A stretch of DNA of 64,000 nucleotides from a virus. The stretch covers positions 32,001 through 96,000 of the IMG/VR virus record IMGVR_UViG_3300031952_002809. The stretch is one strand, 5' to 3'. The stretch's first letter is position 1. Each line of letters starts with the position of its first letter. Under the pieces are notes generated by a model. It was given only the letters and a program-made list of their open reading frames with translations. It was not told where the DNA came from and did no database searches. Below are positions 39,505-49,736 of this stretch, one piece after another. The position numbers were made by a program, and so were the translations under genes.

Positions 39505-42405
39505 ATGGACAAAATAACAACAAAGTCCGTTGACTTTTTAAGCGACGATATAACTCTAGCTGCGGATAGTAGTACTTTAGTATCTACTCAGCATGCTACT
39601 AAACAATTCGTTGCGAATTACATTACATCAACAGGTATTCGAACTTTTACTACGGTATCTGCTGCGGAAACATCAACGGGAACTGATAATAACCTATGTT
39701 ATGTTGTAGAGACAGATACATTCTATAGATACACCTCAACAGGCTCTGCATATACTGACGATAATAAATGGATACTAAGTACTGGAGATGGTGGAGATAC
39801 TAGATGGATTGGTGTTAGTGGAAAGTATATTTATACAAATAATTATTATGCGGCAGATAATTTATTTTATGGATTTGGTGCTTTACCAAAATTAAATAAT
39901 CTTTATCAAGAAAATAATTTTGCTATGGGGCATAGTGCAGCAGCATTAATGGAATATGGAGCTAGTAATACAATTATTGGAAATCATGCACTTGAACATA
40001 CAGATGAAGGCTATGCTAGTATAATCATTGGTTATCAAGCTGGATATAATATTGATTATATAGAATATAGTATATTAATTGGGGAAACTACGGGGGAGAA
40101 TATTTCTAATTGTAATAGTAATATTGCAATTGGACATCAATGCTTGCGTGGCCTGACTGATAGTTCTGCTAATCATTCTATTGCTATAGGTAACGATGCT
40201 TTGGTTGGAGTAACAACAGCACAATATAATATTGCTATTGGTCATGCTGCAGGTTACATCTCCTCAGGTTCTAACAATGTACTATTAGGTTATGATGCTG
40301 ATGTCGCAACAGATACTAATTCCAACTCAATAGTAATTGGTTCAGGGGCAGTATCTATAGCAAATAATCAAACCTTTATAGGTAACGCTTCTACAACTTC
40401 CACAATTATAAAAGGAATTTATGGAAATACAGATGGTTCTAATCCTTATGTAAGGGTTGGCTCTAACGGCACACTATACGAAGATAATAATGCTCCTGTA
40501 TCTGGAGTTACAACATACACTACTGTTTCTGCTGCGGAAACATCAACGGGAACTGATAATAACCTATGTTATGTTGTAGAGACAGATACATTCTATAGAT
40601 ACACCTCAACAGGCTCTGCATATACTGATGATAATAAATGGATACTAAGTACTGGAGATGGTGGAGATACTAGATGGATCGGGGTTAGTGGAAAATACAT
40701 ATACACAACAGATAATTTATTTTATGGATTTGGTGCCTTATATAACATATTATATGGGGGAAATAATGTTGCAATAGGAAATAATGCATTATTCACTAAT
40801 GTTTATGGGGCAGCGAATATTGCAATTGGTAATAATGCTTTATTATACAATGATGGGGATGATGTTATTTCCATTGGATATAACTCTTTAGGTAATATTA
40901 CTGAGGGTTATACTTCGGTTGTAATTGGATCTAATGCTGGGTATAATGCTACAAGTGTTAATGGTAGTGTGCTTATTGGTTTCGAGGCCGGTTATAACTA
41001 TTCAGGTCCTGATGATGTGATTGCTATAGGCCGAGGAGCTGCATATGGGAACGCTAGTACTGCAAGTTATATAATTGCCTTAGGAGGTGATTCATTATAT
41101 TCTATTACTTCTGGATATTATAATACAGCTGTTGGGTTCAGTGCAGGATACGCACTTCAAACCGGAGAATCTAACGTAATGTTAGGAAATAATTCTAATT
41201 CTTCTAATATTAGTGGAAGTTATAATGTTGCTGTTGGTCGAGGAGCTTTACAGTACAATACTACAGATAATAATGTAGCAGTAGGCTATCTAGCAGGAGA
41301 TTTATTAACAACAGGAACAAATAATGTTATACTAGGTTATGATGCTGATGTCGCAACAGATACTAATTCCAACTCAATAGTAATTGGTTCAGGGGCAGTA
41401 TCTATAGCAAATAATCAAACCTTTATAGGTAATTCTTCTACCGGTTCTGCAATCGTAAAAGGTATTTATGGAAATACCAATGGAGCAAATTCCTTCGTAC
41501 GTATAGGATCTGATGGTACCCTCTATCAAGATAACAACCCACCTGCCACCGTAACTTTTGAAACATCAACTGGAAATATTAAACAAGATGGTGCTGTTTC
41601 TGTTGGAGTGCTATCAACAGTACCAAGGGCAGATCATATACATCCGACTGATACTTCTCGTCAAGCAGTGCTTACACCAGGTTCCATATCTGAAACCACA
41701 AGCTCTGTTCTGACTATAACTAATGGATCTAATTCTACTGTTGGTCCGAATGTTACAATACAAGTTGCACAAGCGAATACCAGCACTGGAGGATACCTTT
41801 CAGCAGCTGATTGGAATGCCTTTAATAATTCAGGTATTGTAAAATATAGCACAGTATCCGTTGCAGAAACTTCGACTGGAATAGACAACGATATATGCTA
41901 CGTAGTAGAAACAGAATCCTGGTATCGATATGAATCTTCGGGTTCTGCTTATACTGTTGATCATTTGTATGTACTTTCTACTGGTGATGCCGGAAACACT
42001 CGTCGGTTAGCTGTTTCAGGTAAATACACTAACGCTTCATCAGTTTATTTTAATGGTATTTATGCCAATACGAGTGCTTCTGAACCATATGTTCGGGTAG
42101 GGACTGATGGAAAACTCTATCGAGATAATTCATCCCTACGCTATAAAAAGAATATAACTGATATAGAAATTGATACTGCTAAAATATACAGCCTACGACC
42201 TGTATCGTACAATTCAATATCTGCTGAAGATACTAAACGTCATATTGGTTTGATAGCTGAAGAAGTGGCAGAGATACTTCCTGAAGTTGTTGGATATGCT
42301 GACGGAAAGCCGGATCATATTAATTACGATAGATTGGTTGTTCCATTAATATCTGAGATTAAGAAACTCAAACAAGAAATTGAAGAATTAAAAAAGAGAG
42401 TATAA
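39505..42405 (+). CDS. Tail fibre/spike with C-terminal Peptidase_S74 intramolecular chaperone
   Basis: Same beta-helical repeats; SSLRYKKNI...LRPVSY...IGLIAEEV...PEVV...INYDRL + coiled coil. Confidence 0.88.
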   Translation: MDKITTKSVDFLSDDITLAADSSTLVSTQHATKQFVANYITSTGIRTFTTVSAAETSTGTDNNLCYVVETDTFYRYTSTGSAYTDDNKWILSTGDGGDTRWIGVSGKYIYTNNYYAADNLFYGFGALPKLNNLYQENNFAMGHSAAALMEYGASNTIIGNHALEHTDEGYASIIIGYQAGYNIDYIEYSILIGETTGENISNCNSNIAIGHQCLRGLTDSSANHSIAIGNDALVGVTTAQYNIAIGHAAGYISSGSNNVLLGYDADVATDTNSNSIVIGSGAVSIANNQTFIGNASTTSTIIKGIYGNTDGSNPYVRVGSNGTLYEDNNAPVSGVTTYTTVSAAETSTGTDNNLCYVVETDTFYRYTSTGSAYTDDNKWILSTGDGGDTRWIGVSGKYIYTTDNLFYGFGALYNILYGGNNVAIGNNALFTNVYGAANIAIGNNALLYNDGDDVISIGYNSLGNITEGYTSVVIGSNAGYNATSVNGSVLIGFEAGYNYSGPDDVIAIGRGAAYGNASTASYIIALGGDSLYSITSGYYNTAVGFSAGYALQTGESNVMLGNNSNSSNISGSYNVAVGRGALQYNTTDNNVAVGYLAGDLLTTGTNNVILGYDADVATDTNSNSIVIGSGAVSIANNQTFIGNSSTGSAIVKGIYGNTNGANSFVRIGSDGTLYQDNNPPATVTFETSTGNIKQDGAVSVGVLSTVPRADHIHPTDTSRQAVLTPGSISETTSSVLTITNGSNSTVGPNVTIQVAQANTSTGGYLSAADWNAFNNSGIVKYSTVSVAETSTGIDNDICYVVETESWYRYESSGSAYTVDHLYVLSTGDAGNTRRLAVSGKYTNASSVYFNGIYANTSASEPYVRVGTDGKLYRDNSSLRYKKNITDIEIDTAKIYSLRPVSYNSISAEDTKRHIGLIAEEVAEILPEVVGYADGKPDHINYDRLVVPLISEIKKLKQEIEELKKRV
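39658..40679 (+). repeat. 152-bp direct repeat (39658-39809 and 40528-40679), 1 mismatch
   Basis: Direct comparison; offset 870 bp. Confidence 0.9.
40286..41432 (+). repeat. 100-bp identical direct repeat (40286-40385 and 41333-41432)
   Basis: Direct comparison. Confidence 0.9.
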
Positions 42406-42406
42406 T

Positions 42407-45400
42407 ATGGCCAAACGACATACCATCTTAAATGCATTAAAAGATAGCAATGGTTATAATAATGCATTACAAAAAATCTTTGGGGATACTGTTGGTTTGG
42501 TTGCTGATACAGAAAATCCTTACGCTCTATCAATAGCGGGGGGCTTTAATAAATACAATGAAGTAAATTATTTTTATGAATATAGAGATGAAGATTCTTT
42601 TCAAAAATGGGATTTACACGATTATCCTATTGGAGTATATCAATTATTATTTGATCCTGAAAATAACGCTGAAGATTTTAATACTTTTTATAATTATTCT
42701 GAACGTTCTTCGTCTGGGTTTGATGGTGCTACAAACACCATTGCCATTCAATCTGATGGAAAAATATTAGTAGGAGGTTATTTTATTACATACGATGATG
42801 GAATAATAGCCCCCTACGACTGTCCTGATTATCTATGTCGATTAAACTCTGATGGTACTTTGGATCAGACTTTTAATTATAGTGTTGGTAATGCAAGAGG
42901 TTTTGATAATATAGTTAAGGCTATAGCTATTCAATCTGATGGAAAAATATTAGTTGGGGGTAGTTTTACTACATATGCCGATGGAATTATCACAAATACT
43001 GACTGTCCTGATTATCTATGTCGATTAAACTCTGATGGTACTTTGGATCAGACTTTTAATTATAGTGTTGGTAATGCAAGAGGTTTTAATTTGAATGTTA
43101 ATACTATTGTTGTGCTATCGAATGGTAAAATATTAGTAGGTGGTTATTTTACTACATACGATGATGGAATTATCACAAACACTGACTGTCCTAAGTATTT
43201 ATGTCGTCTTAATGCAGATGGTACATTAGATCAAACATTTAATTATTCTGCTGGCAACACACGAGGGGGGGATGAGGAGGTCACATCCATTGTTGTTCAA
43301 TCAGATGGTAAAATAATAGTGGGGGGGTGGTGGACCGCATATTCTGATGGAATTATAACTCCAGCAGACTGTCCTAAGTATTTATGTCGTCTTAATGCAG
43401 ATGGTACTTTGGATCAGACTTTTAATTATTCTGCTGGCAACACGAGAGGTTTTAATGATGGTGCTTATTCTGTTGCTCTTCAATCAGATGGTAAGATAAT
43501 AGTATGTGGTAATTTTACATCTTATACTGATGAAATTATAACTCCAGCAGACTGTCCAGATAAATTATGTCGTCTTAATGCAGATGGTACTTTGGATCAG
43601 ACTTTTAATTATAGTGTTGGTAATGCAAGAGGATTTTCATCTCTTATGCATGCAGTTGCTATTCAATCAGATGGTAAGATACTAGTAGGTGGGACTGTCT
43701 CTGCAACCTATACCGACGGACTTATAACCCCAGGAGACTGTCCTCGTGGTATAAGTCGTATTAATACCAATGGAACATTAGATCAAACGTTTAATTATAA
43801 GGCTGGTATTACTGATAGAGGGCTTAATGGTGCTACAAACACCATTGCCATTCAATCTGATGGAAAAATATTAGTAGGGGGCAGTTTTACTTCATATACA
43901 GATGGAACTATCATGAATACATCATGTCCTGCTTTTTTATGTCGATTGAATACAACTGGAACGTTAGATCAAACATTTAATTATTTTCCTTTGAGAGGTT
44001 TTTTCGGTATTAATGGTACAGTTAGTGCTATAGCTGTTCAATCTGATGGTAAAATATTAGTAGGAGGTTTTTCTATTAAATATGCCGATGAAATTATAAC
44101 TCCAGCAGACTGTCCAGATAGATTATGTCGTCTTAATGCAGATGGTACTTTGGATCAGACTTTTAATTATAGTGTTGGTAATGCAAGAGGTTTTGATAAT
44201 ACTGTATTTTCCATTGCCATTCAATCTGATGGTAAAATATTAGTTGGGGGTAGTTTTTCTACATACGATGATGGAATTATAACCGCTACTCATGCTCCAG
44301 ATAGATTATGTCGTCTTAATGCAGATGGTACATTAGATCAAACATTTAATTATACCGCTTCTACAGGAAGAGGGTTTAATGGTGTAGTTTATGCTATAGC
44401 TATTCAATCGGATGGAAAAATATTAGTTGGGGGTAATTTTTCATCTTATACTGATGGAGTAATTACAGCTACCCACTGTCCCGATTATGTATGTCGTCTT
44501 AATACCAATGGGACTCTAGACCAGACTTTTAATTATACTACTGCTACGGGAAGAGGGTTTAGTAGTACAGTTAGTGCTATAGCTATTCAATCGGATGGTA
44601 AAATATTAGTAGGGGGAGCATTTGTTTCATATGCCGATGGAATTATAACCGCTACTCATGCTCCAGATAGATTATGTCGTCTTAATGCAGCTGGTACATT
44701 AGATCAAACATTTAATTATACTACTGCTACGGGAAGAGGGTTTGGTGGTACAGTTTATGCTATAGTTATTCAATCAGATGGTAAGATACTAGTGGGAGGG
44801 ACTTCTGTATCTTATACTGATGGAATTATAACTCCAGCAGATTGTCCAGATAGATTATGCCGAGTAAGCGCAGATGGAACATTAGATACTTCGTTTAATT
44901 ATAGTGTGGGAGTCACCACAAGAGGGTTTTCTGCTGGTACCGTGCAGTCAGTAGTAAGATTAAGTGACGATACATTTGTAGTTGGAGGATTCGGTTTAGT
45001 TGCTTATACTGATGCAACAGGAAGCTCTCTAACTATTTGTGATAATTTGTGTAGTATAGATACAGATGGAACATTAATACAATCCAGAAATTATAATGGA
45101 ATATGTAGCACTGCAGTAAATGCTATAGCTGTTGTACCTTATACTAATGAAATTTATTGTGGTGTAGCAAATACGGGTACTTCTCATTATTATACTCATA
45201 GTGAGACAACATATTATCGTATTAATAAGGGTCTTTTAAAACTTAAATATGATTTATCTCTTGATACTACATTTAATGGTTTAAGAGGGTTTACTTTTAC
45301 TGATGATATACTATATAAAACTATACTTCAATCTGATGGTAAAGTATTAGCTGGAGGGTCGCTGAGTTCTTATACCGATGGAGTTATAATTCCAGCAGAT

Positions 45401-47644
45401 TGCCCCAATTATTTATGTAGGTTAAATGCAGATGGAACCTTAGATACTACTTTCAATTATTCTGCTGGTAATACAAGAGGATTTGATAATACTTTACGCG
45501 CTATTGCTATTCAATCTGATAGTAAGATATTAGTTGGAGGAGCATTTACACAATACATTGATTCAACAGGAACATTAACCTCTTGTCCTGATAGATTTTG
45601 TAGAGTAAATTCAGATGGTACATTAGATCAGACTTTTAATTACGGTAGTGGTAGAGGTTTTAACGGAACAGTATATGCAGTTACAGCTAAATCAGATGGC
45701 AAAATATTAGTTGGGGGTAGTTTTTCTACATATGCCGATGGACTTATAACAGCAGCAGACTGTCCAGATAAATTATGTCGTCTTAACTCTGACGGTACTT
45801 TAGATCAAACTTTTAATTATGCAGAAAGTAGAGGTTTTGATGATTGGGTGTTATGTTTAGCAATTCAATCTGATAGCAAAATAATTGTGGGGGGCGGGTT
45901 TGCAGAATATGCTGATGGAGTCACAACGGCTTCTTACTGTCCTGATTCTCTATGTCGTCTTAACTCTGATGGTACATTAGATACTTCGTTTAATTATGCA
46001 GCCAGTAGAGGGTTTAATGATCAAGTACGTGCTATAGCTATTCAATCTGATGGAAAAATATTAGTTGGGGGTAGTTTTACTACATATGCCGATGGAATTA
46101 TAACTCCAGCAGATTGTCCAGATAGATTATGCCGAGTAAGCGCAGATGGTACGTTAGATAAAACTTTCAATTATTCTGCTGGAATTACTACAAGAGGTTT
46201 TGATGGTGCTGTATATTCCATTGTTATTCAATCAGATGGTATGATAGTGGTTGGGGGAGGTTTTACCTCGTATACTGATGAAAATGGAGCATTGACAAGC
46301 TGCCCCAATTATTTATGTAGATTAACCTCTACGGGAGCATTAGATCAAACATTTAATTCTGAGTTTGATAGCTCTGTTTATGATATACAAATTGATGCTG
46401 ATGATACTATATTTTGCGGAGGCTCTTTTACCCAATTAAATAATTTATCATGTAACAATAGATTAGTAAAACTAACTAAAGATGGGTATATAAAACCAAT
46501 AATATCAAATCAACCAATACAATATGGTATTACTCCTGTTTTAACAAATAATTGTATCTACCATTTAGACAATACATATACTGATGAGTATGGAAATACT
46601 TCATGGGCTGCTACTAATACTACATTTTCAAATACTGTTTCTAAGTTTGGAACATATTCATTATATTTTAATGGTACTACTGCGTATGCAACAAACTCTG
46701 GAATAACTTTAGGATCAAAACCGTTCACATATGAATGTTGGGTGTATTTTACTTCATCTGGAACTCATACTGTTATTTGTTCTGCGGCAGAATATGGAAT
46801 TTTAATACAAATTAATACTTCTGGTAAATTATTACATTATGCTAGTTCTGATGGGTCAACCTGGGATGTATGGAACGCTCTAGCTTCTGGTGCAACAACT
46901 ATGCAAATTAATAAATGGTATCATATTGTAATTGAATGGGATGGTTCATATATTAGTTCCTATATTAATGGAGTTCAACAATACAAAACAGCAACTATTA
47001 GAATATTTGAACAAACTTCTGGAATAAGAATTGGAGCACAATACACAACCCCTTCAGCATATTTTGTAGGTTATTTGAGTGAAATAAGAATTTCTCAAGG
47101 GTTTACAAGATATGGTGGGAATAACAGAACGGTATTTTCACCTCCATTATCATCATTCAATATTGAGCTATTATATTTCTTTAATATTCAAGAGATGCAA
47201 ATGTATAGATATAGGGCAACAGCATACTTACCATGCAAAGCGATTGGGATTGCTACAGTAGATAAAACTGCTGCTGGTACATATACGATTTATAATTATG
47301 CTATTCATAATGAATATATTGCTCCTCCTACTTTATTAAGTGTAAATACTACATATAGTTTTAATCACAATTTGGGAGTACCAATGGAATATATTAAAAT
47401 TGGTGGCTCATTAAAAAATTTAGCTACAGCAGAAACTTTAAATTTTACCCCACAAAGTAATTTTGATGCTTCTGTTAACTATAATAATTATGCAGGAACA
47501 AATCAATATTTAAATAATGTTAAAATGTGGGTGCGTACAGGAACAACTACTACAATGAATTATGTAAACTCTGGTGGTACTACAACTGCATTAATTACAG
47601 CTAGTAGAGCAAAATTAAACTTAATTTTAGAAAGATCTTTTTAA
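42407..47644 (+). CDS. Delta-60 (DUF5122-like) beta-propeller repeat protein with C-terminal LamG/ConA domain; receptor-binding/appendage protein
   Basis: 21 ~62-aa repeats AIQSDGKILVGG.F...LCRLN.DGTLD.TFN; LamG motifs SKFGTYSLYFNG, FTYECWVY, WYHI and GYLSEIRIS. Confidence 0.88.
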   Translation: MAKRHTILNALKDSNGYNNALQKIFGDTVGLVADTENPYALSIAGGFNKYNEVNYFYEYRDEDSFQKWDLHDYPIGVYQLLFDPENNAEDFNTFYNYSERSSSGFDGATNTIAIQSDGKILVGGYFITYDDGIIAPYDCPDYLCRLNSDGTLDQTFNYSVGNARGFDNIVKAIAIQSDGKILVGGSFTTYADGIITNTDCPDYLCRLNSDGTLDQTFNYSVGNARGFNLNVNTIVVLSNGKILVGGYFTTYDDGIITNTDCPKYLCRLNADGTLDQTFNYSAGNTRGGDEEVTSIVVQSDGKIIVGGWWTAYSDGIITPADCPKYLCRLNADGTLDQTFNYSAGNTRGFNDGAYSVALQSDGKIIVCGNFTSYTDEIITPADCPDKLCRLNADGTLDQTFNYSVGNARGFSSLMHAVAIQSDGKILVGGTVSATYTDGLITPGDCPRGISRINTNGTLDQTFNYKAGITDRGLNGATNTIAIQSDGKILVGGSFTSYTDGTIMNTSCPAFLCRLNTTGTLDQTFNYFPLRGFFGINGTVSAIAVQSDGKILVGGFSIKYADEIITPADCPDRLCRLNADGTLDQTFNYSVGNARGFDNTVFSIAIQSDGKILVGGSFSTYDDGIITATHAPDRLCRLNADGTLDQTFNYTASTGRGFNGVVYAIAIQSDGKILVGGNFSSYTDGVITATHCPDYVCRLNTNGTLDQTFNYTTATGRGFSSTVSAIAIQSDGKILVGGAFVSYADGIITATHAPDRLCRLNAAGTLDQTFNYTTATGRGFGGTVYAIVIQSDGKILVGGTSVSYTDGIITPADCPDRLCRVSADGTLDTSFNYSVGVTTRGFSAGTVQSVVRLSDDTFVVGGFGLVAYTDATGSSLTICDNLCSIDTDGTLIQSRNYNGICSTAVNAIAVVPYTNEIYCGVANTGTSHYYTHSETTYYRINKGLLKLKYDLSLDTTFNGLRGFTFTDDILYKTILQSDGKVLAGGSLSSYTDGVIIPADCPNYLCRLNADGTLDTTFNYSAGNTRGFDNTLRAIAIQSDSKILVGGAFTQYIDSTGTLTSCPDRFCRVNSDGTLDQTFNYGSGRGFNGTVYAVTAKSDGKILVGGSFSTYADGLITAADCPDKLCRLNSDGTLDQTFNYAESRGFDDWVLCLAIQSDSKIIVGGGFAEYADGVTTASYCPDSLCRLNSDGTLDTSFNYAASRGFNDQVRAIAIQSDGKILVGGSFTTYADGIITPADCPDRLCRVSADGTLDKTFNYSAGITTRGFDGAVYSIVIQSDGMIVVGGGFTSYTDENGALTSCPNYLCRLTSTGALDQTFNSEFDSSVYDIQIDADDTIFCGGSFTQLNNLSCNNRLVKLTKDGYIKPIISNQPIQYGITPVLTNNCIYHLDNTYTDEYGNTSWAATNTTFSNTVSKFGTYSLYFNGTTAYATNSGITLGSKPFTYECWVYFTSSGTHTVICSAAEYGILIQINTSGKLLHYASSDGSTWDVWNALASGATTMQINKWYHIVIEWDGSYISSYINGVQQYKTATIRIFEQTSGIRIGAQYTTPSAYFVGYLSEIRISQGFTRYGGNNRTVFSPPLSSFNIELLYFFNIQEMQMYRYRATAYLPCKAIGIATVDKTAAGTYTIYNYAIHNEYIAPPTLLSVNTTYSFNHNLGVPMEYIKIGGSLKNLATAETLNFTPQSNFDASVNYNNYAGTNQYLNNVKMWVRTGTTTTMNYVNSGGTTTALITASRAKLNLILERSF

Positions 47645-47654
47645 TGGGGGTAAT

Positions 47655-47969
47655 ATGAAATATTATATTACTGTAGAAAATAATTATTATGAAGGAGATC
47701 GAGTGCATCCTTCTGATATGGAAGTAACTCAGCGCCCATCATACTTATATAAATATAATCGAGAAACATCACAATGGGAAATCGATCTTGTTCAAGAAAA
47801 TGAAGATTTAAAAAGACAAATTGATAACTCAGATAAGGATGTAATTCGCATTATTGATGATTTATTTACAGTTTTAAAAACTAAAAACATTATTGTAGAT
47901 GAAGATTTTGATGCATCTGTAATTACGAAACTAACTAATAGAAAAAATATTAGGGATACACTACTATAG
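47655..47969 (+). CDS. Tail fibre assembly/chaperone-like protein
   Basis: RPSY.YKY....QWEID...SDKDVIR...R..IRD pattern right after the fibre gene. Confidence 0.6.
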   Translation: MKYYITVENNYYEGDRVHPSDMEVTQRPSYLYKYNRETSQWEIDLVQENEDLKRQIDNSDKDVIRIIDDLFTVLKTKNIIVDEDFDASVITKLTNRKNIRDTLL

Positions 47970-48143
47970 GGGGGACATTTATGTCACACACCCTGGTACG
48001 TCAAATGTAACTGTAATGGCACCTACTGTTGGATGACTAAATTAATTTTAATTATACTTAAAAAAAGCTGCCGATACTATACTAGCTACGAAGCATTCTA
48101 GTGTATACATTAGATATAACATTAAAAAACAGAGGTACTTCTT

Positions 48144-48377
48144 ATGGCAAAAACATATCAGTTTAGATTGTCGGATGAAGTCGACGAGGAAAAAAACAAA
48201 GTAAAAAGACAAATTATTGTGACAGAACCAATTACTACAACTGCTATTGTAGCAATAGAGGGGCTGCGTGAGGAGAAGGAAAGATTAAATAATCAGATAG
48301 ACACTCTTCAACTTCGCAAGGATGCAATAAAGGATGAAATAGATGCAATAAAAGCTGCTTTGTCTATAGTAGAATAA
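48144..48377 (+). CDS. Small coiled-coil protein
   Basis: 77 aa, GAGG RBS. Confidence 0.65.
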   Translation: MAKTYQFRLSDEVDEEKNKVKRQIIVTEPITTTAIVAIEGLREEKERLNNQIDTLQLRKDAIKDEIDAIKAALSIVE

Positions 48378-48406
48378 CTTATTTAAAATATAAGAGGAAA
48401 GATAAT

Positions 48407-48880
48407 ATGAAGAATAAAGATTTGTTAGATTTGTTTTCTGCTTTGGAATCTGTTAATTCTGATACCTGCAGCGCTAAGTTCAAGTATGGTATAGCTCGTA
48501 ACAAGAAGATTATTGAAAATCAAATAAAGATATTGCAGGATTTGATAAAACCATCTGACGCATACATACAAATTGAGAATGAGCGGTTAGCTATTTGTCA
48601 TAAGTATTGCGAAAGGGATGAAAATAATAATCCACGAATGATAAACAATATGTTTGTCATGAAAGAAGACACGCGAGCAGAGAGTGACACAGAGATTACA
48701 GAGTTTATGGCTAAAAATAAAGATATATTCGATGCAGCTGTAAAGAGATCTCAAGAACTAACTGCTCTTCTTGAAGAAGAAATAGATATTCCACTATATA
48801 GTATTCCAATAGATGCTATACCGGATACGATAAAACAATCAGAAATGGATGTCTTTGCCAGGTTGGACATGATTGTTTAA
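48407..48880 (+). CDS. Conserved phage helical protein
   Basis: KFKYGIARNKK...ELTALLEEEIDI pattern common next to fibre genes. Confidence 0.65.
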   Translation: MKNKDLLDLFSALESVNSDTCSAKFKYGIARNKKIIENQIKILQDLIKPSDAYIQIENERLAICHKYCERDENNNPRMINNMFVMKEDTRAESDTEITEFMAKNKDIFDAAVKRSQELTALLEEEIDIPLYSIPIDAIPDTIKQSEMDVFARLDMIV

Positions 48881-48908
48881 AAAGGGCACTGTGAAAAAGA
48901 AAAAAAAT

Positions 48909-49346
48909 ATGGCTTCTAAAAAGAGTTCCACTTCTAAAAAAGCAGATGCCCCTATTGCTAAACCAGAAGAGCGAAAGAGTAGGGTTTTATGGGTTGGCCA
49001 TTTTTTTCAATGGCTTGATGATAACATCCTCAGCAAGACAACAAGACTTCTAATGTACGTACTGGAGTTTTCGGGGGTCTTTGCTATCTGTATAATCATA
49101 TACGAGTTTAGACATGGGATAGCTTTAATTGAAATAGCTACTGACGATTTCTCTTTGAAAAAGGCGGAGTCAATTGTTGGCTCAGTTAAGGATTTTGCCA
49201 GTCCTCTTGCTATCATGGTTACAACTATTTGTGGTGCCGTTCCTACAGTAATGGGTGTATTTAGATCACTGAAAAAGAAATGGGGAGTGGATAAAGATTC
49301 GATAGCAGCTGCTGCTCAGGCAGCTATGAAAAATGCAACTCCGTGA
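48909..49346 (+). CDS. 2-TM membrane protein, holin candidate
   Basis: Basic N-terminus, two TM segments and a basic tail (start could be 48873). Confidence 0.5.
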   Translation: MASKKSSTSKKADAPIAKPEERKSRVLWVGHFFQWLDDNILSKTTRLLMYVLEFSGVFAICIIIYEFRHGIALIEIATDDFSLKKAESIVGSVKDFASPLAIMVTTICGAVPTVMGVFRSLKKKWGVDKDSIAAAAQAAMKNATP

Positions 49347-49361
49347 TGAGGGAGCATTGCC

Positions 49362-49736
49362 ATGAATTTTAAAGAAAAGTTTTCAGCGTTCATAGCAAGA
49401 ATTACATCTATCATTGATACTAAAGATGGGTGGTTCCCTTTTATAAATAACCAACTCAAATGGGCAGTTGGTTTTTTAATTAAAACCATAACACTTCTCT
49501 TAACATTGTACTTGGTTATCCTTCTAGTGAAGGGGCTCCAGATGGCATCGCTGCTACGCTCAGTTGTTGTCAAGGACGCTCTTGGTATAGTTCCTCAAGG
49601 GTCTACGGTAACATCATCCCCTGACATAAATTATACTGGGGATCTTAAGAGTATTGATGGGGTTGTTAAGATGCTGGAATCAAAAAAGAAAGGAACTCAG
49701 AAAGATGAAAAAGCTAATAAGAAGGTTGGTAAGTAG
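49362..49736 (+). CDS. Single-TM membrane protein, inner-membrane spanin-like candidate
   Basis: One long TM helix followed by a soluble tail; overlaps the next gene. Confidence 0.45.
   Translation: MNFKEKFSAFIARITSIIDTKDGWFPFINNQLKWAVGFLIKTITLLLTLYLVILLVKGLQMASLLRSVVVKDALGIVPQGSTVTSSPDINYTGDLKSIDGVVKMLESKKKGTQKDEKANKKVGK

Larger units (their letters stand above)
39182..41510 (+). repeat. 65-bp identical segment shared by two adjacent fibre genes (39182-39246 and 41446-41510)
   Basis: Direct sequence comparison: tctgcaatcgtaaaagg...cgtataggatc. Confidence 0.9.

Noticed and set aside
39658-46480. Diversity-generating retroelement (TR/VR pair) among the fibre repeats
   Set aside because: No reverse transcriptase in the window; both copies of each repeat are coding, and the differences are not adenine-specific (e.g. 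a C/T mismatch).
42700-46480. CRISPR-like array
   Set aside because: Repeats are ~186-bp in-frame protein repeats without unique spacers, and no cas genes are present.
47970-48143. tRNA/ncRNA or leader peptide (MSHTLVRQM) in the intergenic gap; the same check was made at 54780-54855
   Set aside because: No cloverleaf or T-loop consensus; the 9-codon ORF has no further support.
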